From: Myxococcota bacterium | Lineage (GTDB): Bacteria; Myxococcota_A; UBA9160; UBA6930 | Assembly: GCA_965223705.1 (NCBI GenBank) | Contig: OZ245015.1 | Span: 1,792,001 to 1,856,000, forward strand | Direction of reading: 5' to 3' | DNA: 64,000 nt | In this document: positions 26,223-35,471 of the stretch, in pieces | How positions within the stretch are numbered: position 1 is the first letter of the stretch | How the letters are laid out: each line of letters opens with the position of its first letter | The notes under the pieces: model-generated | Databases searched by the model: none | The model's input: only the letters and a program-made list of their open reading frames with translations | Told to the model about the DNA's origin: nothing | Translations under genes and position numbers: made by a program

Positions 26223-26597
26223 TCACGCCTCCGCTTCGGCGGGAGGCTGTTTCGTCCGCCGCGGGCTTGGCGTCGTGGACGGTCCGGCCGATTTCCGCAG
26301 GTTCTTCACTTCCGCTTGCAACGCCGCGATGGAGTCTTCCAACCGGCCGATCCGATCTCCGAGGTCGAGGATGTCGGACCGAGCGGGGAGGTTCATGTTC
26401 CCGAGGTATTGCGCCATCGAGTCCGTGAACATGCGATGCACGTGAAGCGCTTCCTGGAAGTACTGACCCATACCCTTCGCGAAGCGGTCATCTCCCATGA
26501 CTTCGGTCATCGACTCGCTCCAGCGCTGTTCGTTTTCTTGGAACCACTGGCGCCAGGCTCGGAAGGGATCGGGCATGCGGGTTTCCTGATTACTCAT
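26223..26597 (-). CDS. PHA synthase accessory subunit (PhaR/PhaE-like, short)
   Basis: DPFRAWRQW..., L..MNLP.RSDI..LG.RI..LE followed by coiled coil; lies immediately upstream of phaC. Confidence 0.72.
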   Translation of the reverse strand: MSNQETRMPDPFRAWRQWFQENEQRWSESMTEVMGDDRFAKGMGQYFQEALHVHRMFTDSMAQYLGNMNLPARSDILDLGDRIGRLEDSIAALQAEVKNLRKSAGPSTTPSPRRTKQPPAEAEA

Positions 26598-27042
26598 CGT
26601 CTGTTCCTTCGTCGTCCGAGTCGTCCTCGTCGAGGTCCTCTTCGGTCGTTTCCGTTCGCGCCGTAGACATCCCGGCCGCGGCTTTCCCGAAATCCATCCA
26701 CATTTCGAGGGCGCGCTGGTGGGTTTCGAGAAGACCCAGCCAGTTTTTGAGAAACAGCGATCCGCCCTGGGTCACGCTGTACAGCCGTTTTGCGGGTCCG
26801 TCTTCGGAGGTGTCCCACATCGACGAGACGAGTCCGGACTTCTCCATCTGTCGCAGGGCTCGGTAGATCGTCCCCGAGTTGTACTCGCCCAGACCGGCCT
26901 CGCTCAGCCGGTTGATGAGGTCATAGCCACAGGCGTGCCAGCCATTCAGCATCGCAAGCAAGTTGGCCGTGAGCATATCCCCCGCGGGGGCACTTGCTGC
27001 CTTCTTGTCTTTCTTCTGCGTCTTTTTCTCTTTCTTGGCCAT
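26590..27042 (-). CDS. PadR-family regulator resembling PhaQ (PHB-responsive repressor)
   Basis: GYDLI, GTIYRALRQMEK, SSMWDTSEDGPAKRLYSVT; first gene of the pha unit. Confidence 0.78.
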   Translation of the reverse strand: MAKKEKKTQKKDKKAASAPAGDMLTANLLAMLNGWHACGYDLINRLSEAGLGEYNSGTIYRALRQMEKSGLVSSMWDTSEDGPAKRLYSVTQGGSLFLKNWLGLLETHQRALEMWMDFGKAAAGMSTARTETTEEDLDEDDSDDEGTDDE

Positions 27043-27099
27043 GCCTGCGCCTCACACTAGCTCTTGTGTGCTTATGTGTCGGTTGTATCTGACCGATGG

Positions 27100-27134
27100 T
27101 TGACAGGTATATTCCTTTCGCATATACATGTCAA
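27100..27134. promoter_or_regulatory. Inverted repeat containing two overlapping, oppositely oriented TTGACA boxes (candidate operator/divergent promoters)
   Basis: TTGACAGGTATAT-N9-ATATACATGTCAA (12/13 arms) in an AT-rich intergenic region. Confidence 0.65.
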
Positions 27135-27187
27135 CACATAAACCTTCCATCGGCCAAAGAGCCGTTTCAACCACGAGGAACACCAGC

Positions 27188-27643
27188 ATGGCGACGAAGC
27201 GCACGAAGAAGACCGAGACTTCCCCGATCGAGCGATACCTCGATCTCGCGTTGGAGAACCAGGCCGCCTTTGAGAAGGAGATGGACGGTGTCCGCAAGCG
27301 AACCGCCAAGATGACGAACCTGCTCTCCGAGCAGTTGCGCGAGAGCCAGCGCGGGGCGCTCTCCTTGACGAAGGAAATCGCCGGGCACCCGACGGATTTC
27401 GCCGCGAACTCGAAGGCGATGATGGATGCCGCGATGGAGGCCCAGACGCGAGCACTCGACTTCGCGAAAGACCTCTACAAAGAGCAGATGGACGCCGCCA
27501 GGGCCGCTCGCAACTCGATGGAGAAGCTCGTCGAAAGCTCCCGAGAGGCCGCGGGCGTCGCTACGGAGTTCGGAGAATGGTTCACCGCGCAGAACCCGAT
27601 GGCCGACGCCTGGGAAAAAGGCATGGCCGCTTTTCGCAACTAG
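27188..27643 (+). CDS. Phasin-like granule-associated protein (putative)
   Basis: 151-aa Ala/Glu/Met-rich amphipathic helical protein divergent from the pha genes; GAGGA RBS. Confidence 0.55.
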   Translation: MATKRTKKTETSPIERYLDLALENQAAFEKEMDGVRKRTAKMTNLLSEQLRESQRGALSLTKEIAGHPTDFAANSKAMMDAAMEAQTRALDFAKDLYKEQMDAARAARNSMEKLVESSREAAGVATEFGEWFTAQNPMADAWEKGMAAFRN

Positions 27644-27682
27644 CGCTCAACCGGTCTAGCAAGTCGAGCTGACAGAGAGTGA

Positions 27683-28483
27683 GTGGTTGTGGCGAGCGCG
27701 ATTGATCCCGAGCAGCGGGCGGGGTTCGGCGACCCGTTTGAGTTCGACGCGGCGATCGAGCACGTCAACACGCCGATTTGGCGCGAGGCGCTGTGGCCCG
27801 TCGAATGGCTACAGCTCCGCTTGAGCCCCGTGTTCTACGGGCGCGACGTCCCGCACGGACGCGGCGAGCCGGTCCTCCTGATCCCCGGATTTCTGTCCAA
27901 CGACATCACGTTGTTCGACATGTACCGGTGGCTCTATCGGGTCGGCTACAAGCCGCATCTCTCGCGCATCAGCTTCAACGTTGACTGCCCCAACGAGACC
28001 GCGAAGCAGCTCGCGCTGCGCGTGCAGGCGATTCGCAAGAAGACAGGACAGCGCGTCCGCATTGTCGGCCACAGCTTGGGCGGCATGTTGGCGCGAAGCC
28101 TCGTCCAGAGAATTCCGGAAGACATCGATCGAATCGTCACCCTCGGCTCCCCATTCCGAGACCTGGTGAAAGCGCATCCGGCTGTCGTGGGCCTCTGGGA
28201 TCACCTGAAGGCGGCGAGGGGGGACTTGATCGGGCGCAACCTTCGCCCTTCTTGCGCGACGGGTCACTGTCTCTGCACGTTTGTCGCGAACATACTCGAT
28301 CCGGACCCGCGCGATGTGCCCCAGTACGCGATCTACTCGCCGCGCGACGGCGTCGCCCACTGGGAGAGTTGTATCAACGACGATCCGGCGATGAACTTCG
28401 CTGTGGACTGCACGCACATCGGCATGGCATTCCACGCCGGTGTCTACCGGGTTGTCGCGGAGCGCTTGCACGAAGCGAAATGA
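27683..28483 (+). CDS. Alpha/beta hydrolase (lipase/esterase)
   Basis: VLLIPGF, GHSLGG nucleophile elbow, TLGSP, YS..DG, H.GM. Confidence 0.88.
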   Translation: MVVASAIDPEQRAGFGDPFEFDAAIEHVNTPIWREALWPVEWLQLRLSPVFYGRDVPHGRGEPVLLIPGFLSNDITLFDMYRWLYRVGYKPHLSRISFNVDCPNETAKQLALRVQAIRKKTGQRVRIVGHSLGGMLARSLVQRIPEDIDRIVTLGSPFRDLVKAHPAVVGLWDHLKAARGDLIGRNLRPSCATGHCLCTFVANILDPDPRDVPQYAIYSPRDGVAHWESCINDDPAMNFAVDCTHIGMAFHAGVYRVVAERLHEAK

Positions 28484-28493
28484 GGCTGTCCCT

Positions 28494-29954
28494 ATGCAGC
28501 AACTCTCGGCGGTCGATACGAGTTTTCTGTCGATCGAAACGGCAACGACGTTCGGCCACGTCGCTTCCCTGACCCTTTATGACGGGGCGACGTTCTCTCC
28601 GGGAACCGCATACCCCTCGATCCGCAACCACATCGCGGATCGACTTCCTCTGCTCGAACCGTTTCGGCGACGCCTCGTCGAGGTGCCCTTCGGACTCGAC
28701 CTGCCGTACTGGATCCGCGACCCGGATTTCGATCTCGACTTTCACGTCCGGCACATCGCGGTTCCGCCGCCGGGCGATTCGGAACAGCTCGCGGAGCTGA
28801 CCGCACGGATTATCGCTCGCCCGCTCGATCGCGGGAAGCCGCTCTGGGAGCTCTACATCATCGAGGGCCTTGAGAGCGGCGACGTCGCCATGCTCTTCAA
28901 GATGCATCATGCGACGATCGACGGGAAATCGGGCATGGAGCTCTGGCAGACGCTGCTGACTACCGACCGCGATGCTCCTCCGATCGAAACGAAAGAAGAA
29001 GAACCCGCGGAAGCCGTTCCCGCGCCTTGGGAGCTTTTAGCGAAAAGCTACGCCTCGATGTGGATGCGGCCGGCGCAAGCGTGGCAGATTCAGCAACAGT
29101 CCTATCGGGCTCTCGGCGAGTTCTTGACCGGGCGTCGCGGAGATCTCCCGTCGCTGCTTTCCGCGGCCCAGAAAGCGCTCGGCCTGGGAGCCTCGACGAA
29201 TCCGCTCGACGGTTACGGGAATTCCCCCGCGCCGCCGACTCCGTTCAATCGAGCCATTACGCCTCATCGCCGTGTGGCCTGGTGCGATCTCTCGCTCGGG
29301 GAACTCAAGCGCGTGAAAAACGCGTTCGGTACGACGCTGAACGACGTCGTGATGGCGATCTGCGGCGGTGCCCTTCGGCGGTATCTCGAGCGTCACGACG
29401 CTCTACCCACACGCCCGCTCATCGCCATGGTGCCGGTCTCGATCCGCACCGGCGGTGAGGAGGACACGTACAGCAATCGTGTCAGCGGCATGTTGGCCGA
29501 GATCGCGACGGACGAGCCCGACGCCGCCACCCGGCTCGCGCGCTGCCGTGACGCGATGCGCGGGTCGAAGACGCTGAGCGAAGCCATTCCCGCCGATATC
29601 CTTCAGGACTTCGCGCGCTTCGCCCCGCCCGCGGTCACCGCGCAAGCGTCTCGCTTCGCCGCCGGCCTACGACTCGCAGATCGGGTCGACTCGCCGGTCA
29701 ACGTGGTGATTTCCAACGTCCCCGGGCCGCGGGAGCCCCTCTACGTGGCGGGCGCAGAGCTCAAAGCCATGATCCCGGTTTCAACCGTCGCCGACGGGTT
29801 GGGTCTCAACATCACGGTCATCAGCTACCGGGATCGCCTCGATTTCGGCTTCGTGTCGTGTCGCGAGCTGCTGCCCGATTTGTGGGACCTTGCCGACGAC
29901 GTCGTCGAAGCCTTCCGGGAGCTCGAGCGCGCCGTGAGCGTTCCGGACAGCTAA
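28494..29954 (+). CDS. Wax ester synthase/diacylglycerol acyltransferase
   Basis: LSAVDTSFL, PLDRGKPLWE, catalytic HHATIDG, TLNDVV, ISNVPGP. Confidence 0.95.
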   Translation: MQQLSAVDTSFLSIETATTFGHVASLTLYDGATFSPGTAYPSIRNHIADRLPLLEPFRRRLVEVPFGLDLPYWIRDPDFDLDFHVRHIAVPPPGDSEQLAELTARIIARPLDRGKPLWELYIIEGLESGDVAMLFKMHHATIDGKSGMELWQTLLTTDRDAPPIETKEEEPAEAVPAPWELLAKSYASMWMRPAQAWQIQQQSYRALGEFLTGRRGDLPSLLSAAQKALGLGASTNPLDGYGNSPAPPTPFNRAITPHRRVAWCDLSLGELKRVKNAFGTTLNDVVMAICGGALRRYLERHDALPTRPLIAMVPVSIRTGGEEDTYSNRVSGMLAEIATDEPDAATRLARCRDAMRGSKTLSEAIPADILQDFARFAPPAVTAQASRFAAGLRLADRVDSPVNVVISNVPGPREPLYVAGAELKAMIPVSTVADGLGLNITVISYRDRLDFGFVSCRELLPDLWDLADDVVEAFRELERAVSVPDS

Positions 29955-30025
29955 AACGTGAGCGAGCCAAAGAACGAACGAGTCCAGGCAGACTTGTTGG
30001 CTGGGGATCTTCTCGCGCCATCGGT

Positions 30026-31018
30026 GTGGAGCGACCGAAAATAGCAAGGCTGCAGTCCAGAGAGGCGAGACCGCTTCTGACACGTGATCTCCTCGGGGTC
30101 GGTCTTTTCGTCGGTGGCTACATGGTCGCCGCCGTGATCCGCGCCGCTTATGCCCGCAACGTCGAGTTCCTGTTCTACATCGCCGTGATGGTGATGTTGA
30201 TCGGGGCACTCCTTTGGGTTCATCACAGGATCGCGCTGTCGCGAGGGCTCCTGTGGGCGCTCGCCGTATGGGGCGCCCTGCACATGGCGGGTGGGCTGAT
30301 CCCCGTCCCCGAGCATTGGCCAATCGACGGAGACATCCGAGTGCTCTACAGCTGGTGGATCCTCCCGAAGCTCAAGTACGACCAGGTGACCCATGCGTAC
30401 GGTTTCGGGGCGACGACTTGGCTCTGTTGGCAGGGGCTCCGCGGAGCACTGGCCGACTACCGTTGCGGCAAAGAAGTGCGGCCCACACTCGGCCTGCTGG
30501 TGATTGTCGCTGCGGCGGGATGCGGGTTCGGCGCCTTGAACGAAGTGGTCGAGTTCTTCGCGACGCGCTTCACCGTCACGAACGTCGGCGGCTACGAGAA
30601 CACTCATCCACGCACTTGGCGCGGTGACCGGCGAACGTGTGCGCCGCCCGAGACGCAGCAACGAGCTAGAACTCACCGTCGAGGCTGGGATCTCGTGTAC
30701 AACGCACTTGGCGCGGTGACGGCGGCAGCACTCATCTACGTGTGCGCCGCCCGAGACAGCAAAAGCGAAGAGCAGCCGTCGACTCAGTCGGCGTGGCGAT
30801 CAGTCTTCGCGGTGATTTTGCCGTGTCGGCAAACTTTTCGATGTCCCGGGCGATCACGGCTCCCATCCGTGGTGAAGAAGCGCGACTTCAAATCATCCAA
30901 ACCGGCGAATCCGCACAACGAAAAACCGTCGATGTCGAGACCTCGGATACGGTGCATAACACTCAGCTGCACGTGGTGGGTCATGTGTCCGTGGTGCTCC
31001 AACGCGAGCGGAGCATGA
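30026..31018 (+). CDS. DUF2238/YjdF-like membrane protein carrying a 78-nt in-frame insertion; both ends uncertain
   Basis: NVEFLFY, LHMAGG, KYDQVTHAYGFG, GALNEVVEF, NVGGYENT-[26 aa insert]-GWDL. Confidence 0.7.
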   Translation: MERPKIARLQSREARPLLTRDLLGVGLFVGGYMVAAVIRAAYARNVEFLFYIAVMVMLIGALLWVHHRIALSRGLLWALAVWGALHMAGGLIPVPEHWPIDGDIRVLYSWWILPKLKYDQVTHAYGFGATTWLCWQGLRGALADYRCGKEVRPTLGLLVIVAAAGCGFGALNEVVEFFATRFTVTNVGGYENTHPRTWRGDRRTCAPPETQQRARTHRRGWDLVYNALGAVTAAALIYVCAARDSKSEEQPSTQSAWRSVFAVILPCRQTFRCPGRSRLPSVVKKRDFKSSKPANPHNEKPSMSRPRIRCITLSCTWWVMCPWCSNASGA

Positions 31019-31326
31019 ACGTCGCGCCAGTGCGCATCACACTCCTCGTGGGTTTTTTTCGGGTGATGCACTACCGAGAACAGCGCGTAGACTGCCGCGT
31101 CGCCGGCTTTGATGAGTCGGCGACAGACGACGTAGAGGCCGATATCCGCCGCCCGGTCGAAGCGACGGAGGTCGTCGCTGATACCGGTCACGAGGGCGGC
31201 GTAGGGCAATGCGGCGTCGGTTCGGCCATCTGCGTACAGCGTGCCGCCCAGTTCCCGTGCGAGGTCGGTTGCGGCGCCGACGTCGCTACAAGCGGCGGCG
31301 AATTCCAGAGTGTGGGGTTCCGTCAT
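30733..31326 (-). pseudogene. EthD-domain protein, apparent frameshift near 30865
   Basis: THEECDAHWRDVHAPLALEHH, IDGF; a plausible C-terminus (AVIARDIEKFADTAKSPRRLIAT) continues in another frame. Confidence 0.65.
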
Positions 31327-31713
31327 GGCAAGGAGCAGTGTAGCGAGACGTGCGGTTGAAATCGCTGCAACCTGTCGCGGCTGCGAGGCGGTTCAGACGC
31401 CGCCCGGATGACGCGTTTCGCTGGGCGAGGGGGAAGGGCGGTAGCAAGGTCGTTCACCCGTTGATATCAGGAGCACATCTGATGCGTCCGCGAAACCGAC
31501 GATACGCTCAAAAGCCGGTTCTGCATTCCGTGTGTCCGCACTCGCAACGCTCCACTTGAATCCGACCATCGACGTGCTCACGTTCACAATAGTCACTGCA
31601 GTAAGCACGTTGGCCGTCGCCTCCGCACGAACAAGCGGGGTTGAGACAATTGCCTTCGCTTGCGGGTTCCATTTTCTTTTCCCTGTTTCGTGAGGGCCGC
31701 CGGCGCGAATGAT

Positions 31714-32208
31714 CTAGCTTTTCTTGATTCCTTCTCCACCCGCGTTGTCGAGGATTTCTTTGACCGTGCTGACATTCTCATCGGTGACGTCGACGCCGAC
31801 GAGAATGTCGCCCTTCTCCAGACGTTCGGAGTTCACCTTCGCCTCATGTTCCGGCATCCCGGCGCCAATCAGGCCGCCGATCAACCCGCCCGCGGCGGCT
31901 CCTGCGCCTCCACCGGCCAACGCGGCGACGATCGGTCCGGCGGCTACGATCCCAGCGCCTCCCGTCGCAATGGTGCCTACGCCGACGAGGCCGGCGACAA
32001 TCGCGCCGAACGTTCCCCCGATTGCGCCACCAGCGGCTGCGCCTTCGGGCGCTTTCGTGTTCTGCGCCATTTGGAAATCTCGACCTCGGGTGCCGTCCGA
32101 CATCAAAAGGCTGATATCCGACCGATCGCACCCGTTTGCAATCAGCCGACCGACGGCGAGTTCCGCCTCGGCTCGGTTTGAGAACACAGACGTTACGAAG
32201 TTTGACAT
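31714..32208 (-). CDS. General stress membrane protein (Gly/Ala-zipper, 17M/DUF3341-like)
   Basis: VF...AEAE.AV..L, KAPEGAAAGG, AAGPIVAALAG, GMPEHEAK...G.ILV.V; GGAGGAG RBS. Confidence 0.75.
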   Translation of the reverse strand: MSNFVTSVFSNRAEAELAVGRLIANGCDRSDISLLMSDGTRGRDFQMAQNTKAPEGAAAGGAIGGTFGAIVAGLVGVGTIATGGAGIVAAGPIVAALAGGGAGAAAGGLIGGLIGAGMPEHEAKVNSERLEKGDILVGVDVTDENVSTVKEILDNAGGEGIKKS

Positions 32209-32242
32209 GTGGGCTCCTCCTACGGTTGGTATGAGGATCACT

Positions 32243-32257
32243 GCAAGGCATGTGCCA
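32243..32257 (-). promoter_or_regulatory. sigma54 -24/-12 promoter
   Basis: TGGCAC-ATGCC-TTGC, 35 nt upstream of the 32208 start. Confidence 0.75.
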
Positions 32258-32420
32258 CCGGGAACTACGTTGAACGACGTCGCTAGTCGGACGAGTCAGT
32301 CGATTGCCGGATCCGCCGCAGTAGCTCTTGCATCCATTTCGTAACGACTACAAGCAACGGAAGTCGCGAGGGCGCAGGCGGTGAACGGCCGCAACGTAGA
32401 CGTGCACAAGAACCGCGTCG

Positions 32421-32801
32421 TCACGACTCACCAGTTCCGAGTTCCATGAGTAAGCGAAAGAAATCCTCAGGGGCTGAATCAACTTGCACGCTGAAACCGC
32501 TCTCGATGACGATCTTGGCCGAACGGTGGCTCTTTCGAACTCGGGAGACGCGTCCGATCACGGCGGCATCCGCGAGGCCTTCGGATCGAACGGTCACTTC
32601 GATCCTCTGGTTCGCTTCCGGCACGATCGACGAGAGGATGTAAAGCCCTCGAGCGGAGACGTCGGCGACGAGCCCGGTGTGTCTGCGCCCGCCCTCGACC
32701 CGGAACTCACAGCTCGCCCGGAAACGCATTCTCTCGAACTGGCGACGATCGCGGTCCACTGGCTGGCTCCGATTGTCCGCTGCCAAAGTAGCAGGTAGCA
32801 A
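32421..32801 (-). CDS. PilZ domain protein
   Basis: DRRQFER (RxxxR) and DVSARG (DxSxxG); start uncertain. Confidence 0.75.
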   Translation of the reverse strand: MLPATLAADNRSQPVDRDRRQFERMRFRASCEFRVEGGRRHTGLVADVSARGLYILSSIVPEANQRIEVTVRSEGLADAAVIGRVSRVRKSHRSAKIVIESGFSVQVDSAPEDFFRLLMELGTGES

Positions 32802-32819
32802 CTCGGCGAAGGCCGCGGA

Positions 32820-33458
32820 TCAAGCCACCAGCGAGTAATAGACCAGCGCAGCCGCTCCCGCGGAAACGGCGAGCCCAGCGACGGCAAGTAAACCATCGCG
32901 TGCGGAGAGAGATAGTCCCAAGAGGAGCAGGCCGAGCGCCGGAAGATATGCGGCGAAGGGCAACAACTCGAGCGGCACCATCAATGCGGCGGCGACGAGC
33001 GCCAGTGCGCTAATCAGACGTTCCATCGCGCCCCGCGTGAACCACTCCCAGCGCGGTCGGATAACGCGATCGAAACGCCGGGCCCAGGGCCGCACGCGAT
33101 CGCGAGCGCTCTCCCATTTGTGTGTAGAGACGCCCCGCTCGCGCACGGCCTTCGGAACCCAGGGGTATCGGCAACCGAGCAAGTGCTGCACCGAGACCAG
33201 CACGACGAACAGCGCAAGAACCGACGGCACCGTTGGGATCGCGCCTACAGGCGTCAAGACCAAGAGGGCTGCAGCGGCGAGAAGGCCTCCAAATGCACGG
33301 CTGCCGAAGGCATCCAGAAGGTCTTGCACTTCGAGTTTGGCGTCGCCCCCGACCTCCGCATCAATTGAATCGAGTAGATCCTCTAGGTTTTGAGATCCCT
33401 GACGTTGCGGCACGCTAGCCGTCCATTGTCGACGTATGCGGGTCGTGAACCACGCCAC
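32820..33458 (-). CDS. ExoD-family exopolysaccharide synthesis protein
   Basis: FGSRAFG.LL, PVGAIP, PWVP, PLELLPF, RDGLL. Confidence 0.8.
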   Translation of the reverse strand: MAWFTTRIRRQWTASVPQRQGSQNLEDLLDSIDAEVGGDAKLEVQDLLDAFGSRAFGGLLAAAALLVLTPVGAIPTVPSVLALFVVLVSVQHLLGCRYPWVPKAVRERGVSTHKWESARDRVRPWARRFDRVIRPRWEWFTRGAMERLISALALVAAALMVPLELLPFAAYLPALGLLLLGLSLSARDGLLAVAGLAVSAGAAALVYYSLVA

Positions 33459-33472
33459 CCGTTCTCGTCGGA

Positions 33473-34090
33473 CTACCGGCGCCGGAGGGCCCTCGGAACG
33501 GTCTGGTGAATGGACAGGCCTTCATCGCGATGCTGGCCGCCAACGGTCGCGGCGAACCAAGCCGCGGCAGCGCCGACTGCGGCACCTGCGGCGGTCGCGA
33601 ACGCAAAAATGGTCGACACGTTCGCGGTGAGCCGCAGCACTTCATCGCTCACGTCGCGGTCGGCGGCAGAAGCGGCTACGTCCATACCGGCCGCTGATAG
33701 CGCCGCAATCAGGGCGGCGGCGATCCCGACCACGATGGTCGAGACACCCCAAACGACGAGACCGTGGACTCCGTCGCGGAATTCGGCTTCCGCTTCGACG
33801 GCGTCGCCCCATCGCGAGCGCATGCGGCCGGCGATGTAGCCACCCGCGGAGGCGCTCACCAGAGCGACGAGAGCAACCCAGAGGCCCGCGACGAGCACAC
33901 TCCACGAAGCACTTCCGTCATCCAGCGTGGGGGTCGCCGCCGCGACTCCCACACCAACCCCAAATTGGAGGAGAACAATCGACATCGCTCCGGCGACGGC
34001 CGTGCCGCCGAGCACGGCGCCCCATTCCAGGTATCCGGAACCGGGATCCGCAGGCCGGGCATCCGCCGTGATAGGTCGAGCACTCGCCAT
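33473..34090 (-). CDS. Conserved Ala/Gly-rich membrane protein
   Basis: WGAVLGG, GGYIAGRMR, EFRDGVHGLVVW, GGQHRD. Confidence 0.7.
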   Translation of the reverse strand: MASARPITADARPADPGSGYLEWGAVLGGTAVAGAMSIVLLQFGVGVGVAAATPTLDDGSASWSVLVAGLWVALVALVSASAGGYIAGRMRSRWGDAVEAEAEFRDGVHGLVVWGVSTIVVGIAAALIAALSAAGMDVAASAADRDVSDEVLRLTANVSTIFAFATAAGAAVGAAAAWFAATVGGQHRDEGLSIHQTVPRALRRR

Positions 34091-34099
34091 GATCGCCAG

Positions 34100-34174
34100 C
34101 TACCGCAAACCGAGGACAGAGAGGATGAACATCACGACAACAAGAAGTCCGACGAGGTAAATAATGCTGTGCAT
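34100..34174 (-). CDS. 24-aa single-TM small protein
   Basis: MHSIIYLVGLLVVVMFILSVLGLR*, AAAGGA RBS, sigma54 motif upstream; below the ORF-track cutoff. Confidence 0.65.
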   Translation of the reverse strand: MHSIIYLVGLLVVVMFILSVLGLR

Positions 34175-34220
34175 CGAAGGGTTCCTTTCGAGCGCCAACG
34201 CGGCGACGTTCGGGGCCGGT

Positions 34221-34235
34221 GCAAAGACGGTGCCG
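34221..34235 (-). promoter_or_regulatory. sigma54 -24/-12 promoter
   Basis: CGGCAC-CGTCT-TTGC. Confidence 0.65.
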
Positions 34236-34347
34236 GCCGCGAATCACGCAAAACGATCCCCGGACAAGGTCTATCGGCGAGTTTTTCCACGATCGCTGTA
34301 AGAGTTACAGGCCTCGTCGCTCCGCGGCCATGTTGTCGGGCCTCGCT

Positions 34348-34362
34348 TGGCACAAGCATTGC
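34348..34362 (+). promoter_or_regulatory. sigma54 -24/-12 promoter
   Basis: TGGCAC-AAGCA-TTGC upstream of the USP gene. Confidence 0.7.
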
Positions 34363-34376
34363 TCAGTGTGGCCGTC

Positions 34377-35024
34377 ATGAAAGATCGATACGGCAGTTGC
34401 GATGACCGAGCCAAACCACGCCCGACGTTTCAAATGGCGGAATTTCATGCGGTCGAAATCGGTGAGCTGATCGCCGGCTCTGGCGGCCGCGCGGGATCTG
34501 CCTCGATCATCGTCGCACACGACTTCTCCGAGAACGCTTGGGCTGCCCTCCGCGCTGCTGTCCGGCTCGGTAACTCCATAGGCGCAGAGATCACCCTGGT
34601 CTATGTGACGCAGCCGCTGTTGTCGAAACGCTCCGCCCGACGACGTCTGGAAGAGACGATTCGCGAGCTCGATCCGCCGCCCTCCCGAGCGCGAATCGAA
34701 GTCGCCGAGGGCACCGACCCGTCCCAATCCTTGTGCGATATCGCCACAAAGCTCGGAAGCGACCTGATCGTGATCGGTGCACGAGGCAGAGACAGACTCG
34801 AACTTCCGTCGGACGAGAGCGTGGCAGAACGCACGGCCCTCTCCGCGCCTTGTCCGATTCTGACGGTCCACGCTGCCAACGAAGGAGCCAACTGGCGAAC
34901 GACGTGGAGGCGGTACATCCGTCCGGCTTTGGGTACCCAAAGCTTCGACGGCACCCGTTTTGCTCTCACTTTCCCCAACCAAGATCTCAGGAGGTTTTAT
35001 GGAGACATCGAAGAATCAAGGTGA
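34377..35024 (+). CDS. Universal stress protein (UspA domain); ends uncertain
   Basis: IIVAHDFSE, ITLVYV, DLIVIGARGR, SVAER...APCPILTV. Confidence 0.75.
   Translation: MKDRYGSCDDRAKPRPTFQMAEFHAVEIGELIAGSGGRAGSASIIVAHDFSENAWAALRAAVRLGNSIGAEITLVYVTQPLLSKRSARRRLEETIRELDPPPSRARIEVAEGTDPSQSLCDIATKLGSDLIVIGARGRDRLELPSDESVAERTALSAPCPILTVHAANEGANWRTTWRRYIRPALGTQSFDGTRFALTFPNQDLRRFYGDIEESR
34949..34963 (+). promoter_or_regulatory. sigma54 -24/-12 promoter
   Basis: CGGCAC-CCGTT-TTGC, 36 nt upstream of the 34999 start. Confidence 0.62.
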
Positions 35025-35172
35025 AGGCAACAAAAAAGCCGATCGGCGCTACCGAGAGGCCGCCTCGGAACACGCAAAGACCGAGGCATCTGACAAGGCG
35101 GCGCGCCGCGCCGCTGAAGAATTGGACGCAAATCGAGACGACTCGGAAACGGAGACCGCCGATGATCGCTAG
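34999..35172 (+). CDS. Small hydrophilic (hydrophilin-like) protein
   Basis: METSKNQGEGNKKADRRY...; perfect AGGAGG RBS. Confidence 0.65.
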   Translation: METSKNQGEGNKKADRRYREAASEHAKTEASDKAARRAAEELDANRDDSETETADDR

Positions 35173-35326
35173 AAACACAACCAGGAACAGCATCCGACGC
35201 GGTCTGGCCACCTTCCTCGCGGCACTCGCTGTCAGCGTCGCACCGCTCGCCCTTGGAGGCTGCGACGACGACGATGCCGAGGAGGCCGTAGAAGAGATCG
35301 CGGATGAAATCGACGATGCGACCTAG
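35162..35326 (+). CDS. Small acidic lipoprotein
   Basis: Signal peptide, LGGC lipobox, DDDDAEEAVEEIADEIDDAT. Confidence 0.6.
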   Translation: MIARNTTRNSIRRGLATFLAALAVSVAPLALGGCDDDDAEEAVEEIADEIDDAT

Positions 35327-35471
35327 CGCGTAGGGACCGGTCCGGATCCGACGGCGTTTTTCTACTCCGGCCCCGGCGTTCAGCTGCTCGCGCCCGAGGT
35401 GATCGCCGTCGGCCCACCGTCCGCCGAACGGCTTCGGAAACCTAAAGCCGTGCAATCACAGGAAGTAAGTC

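Noticed and set aside
31327..31713. Non-coding gap as a possible ncRNA or island boundary element
   Set aside because: No convincing ORF, structure or repeat was recognisable by eye
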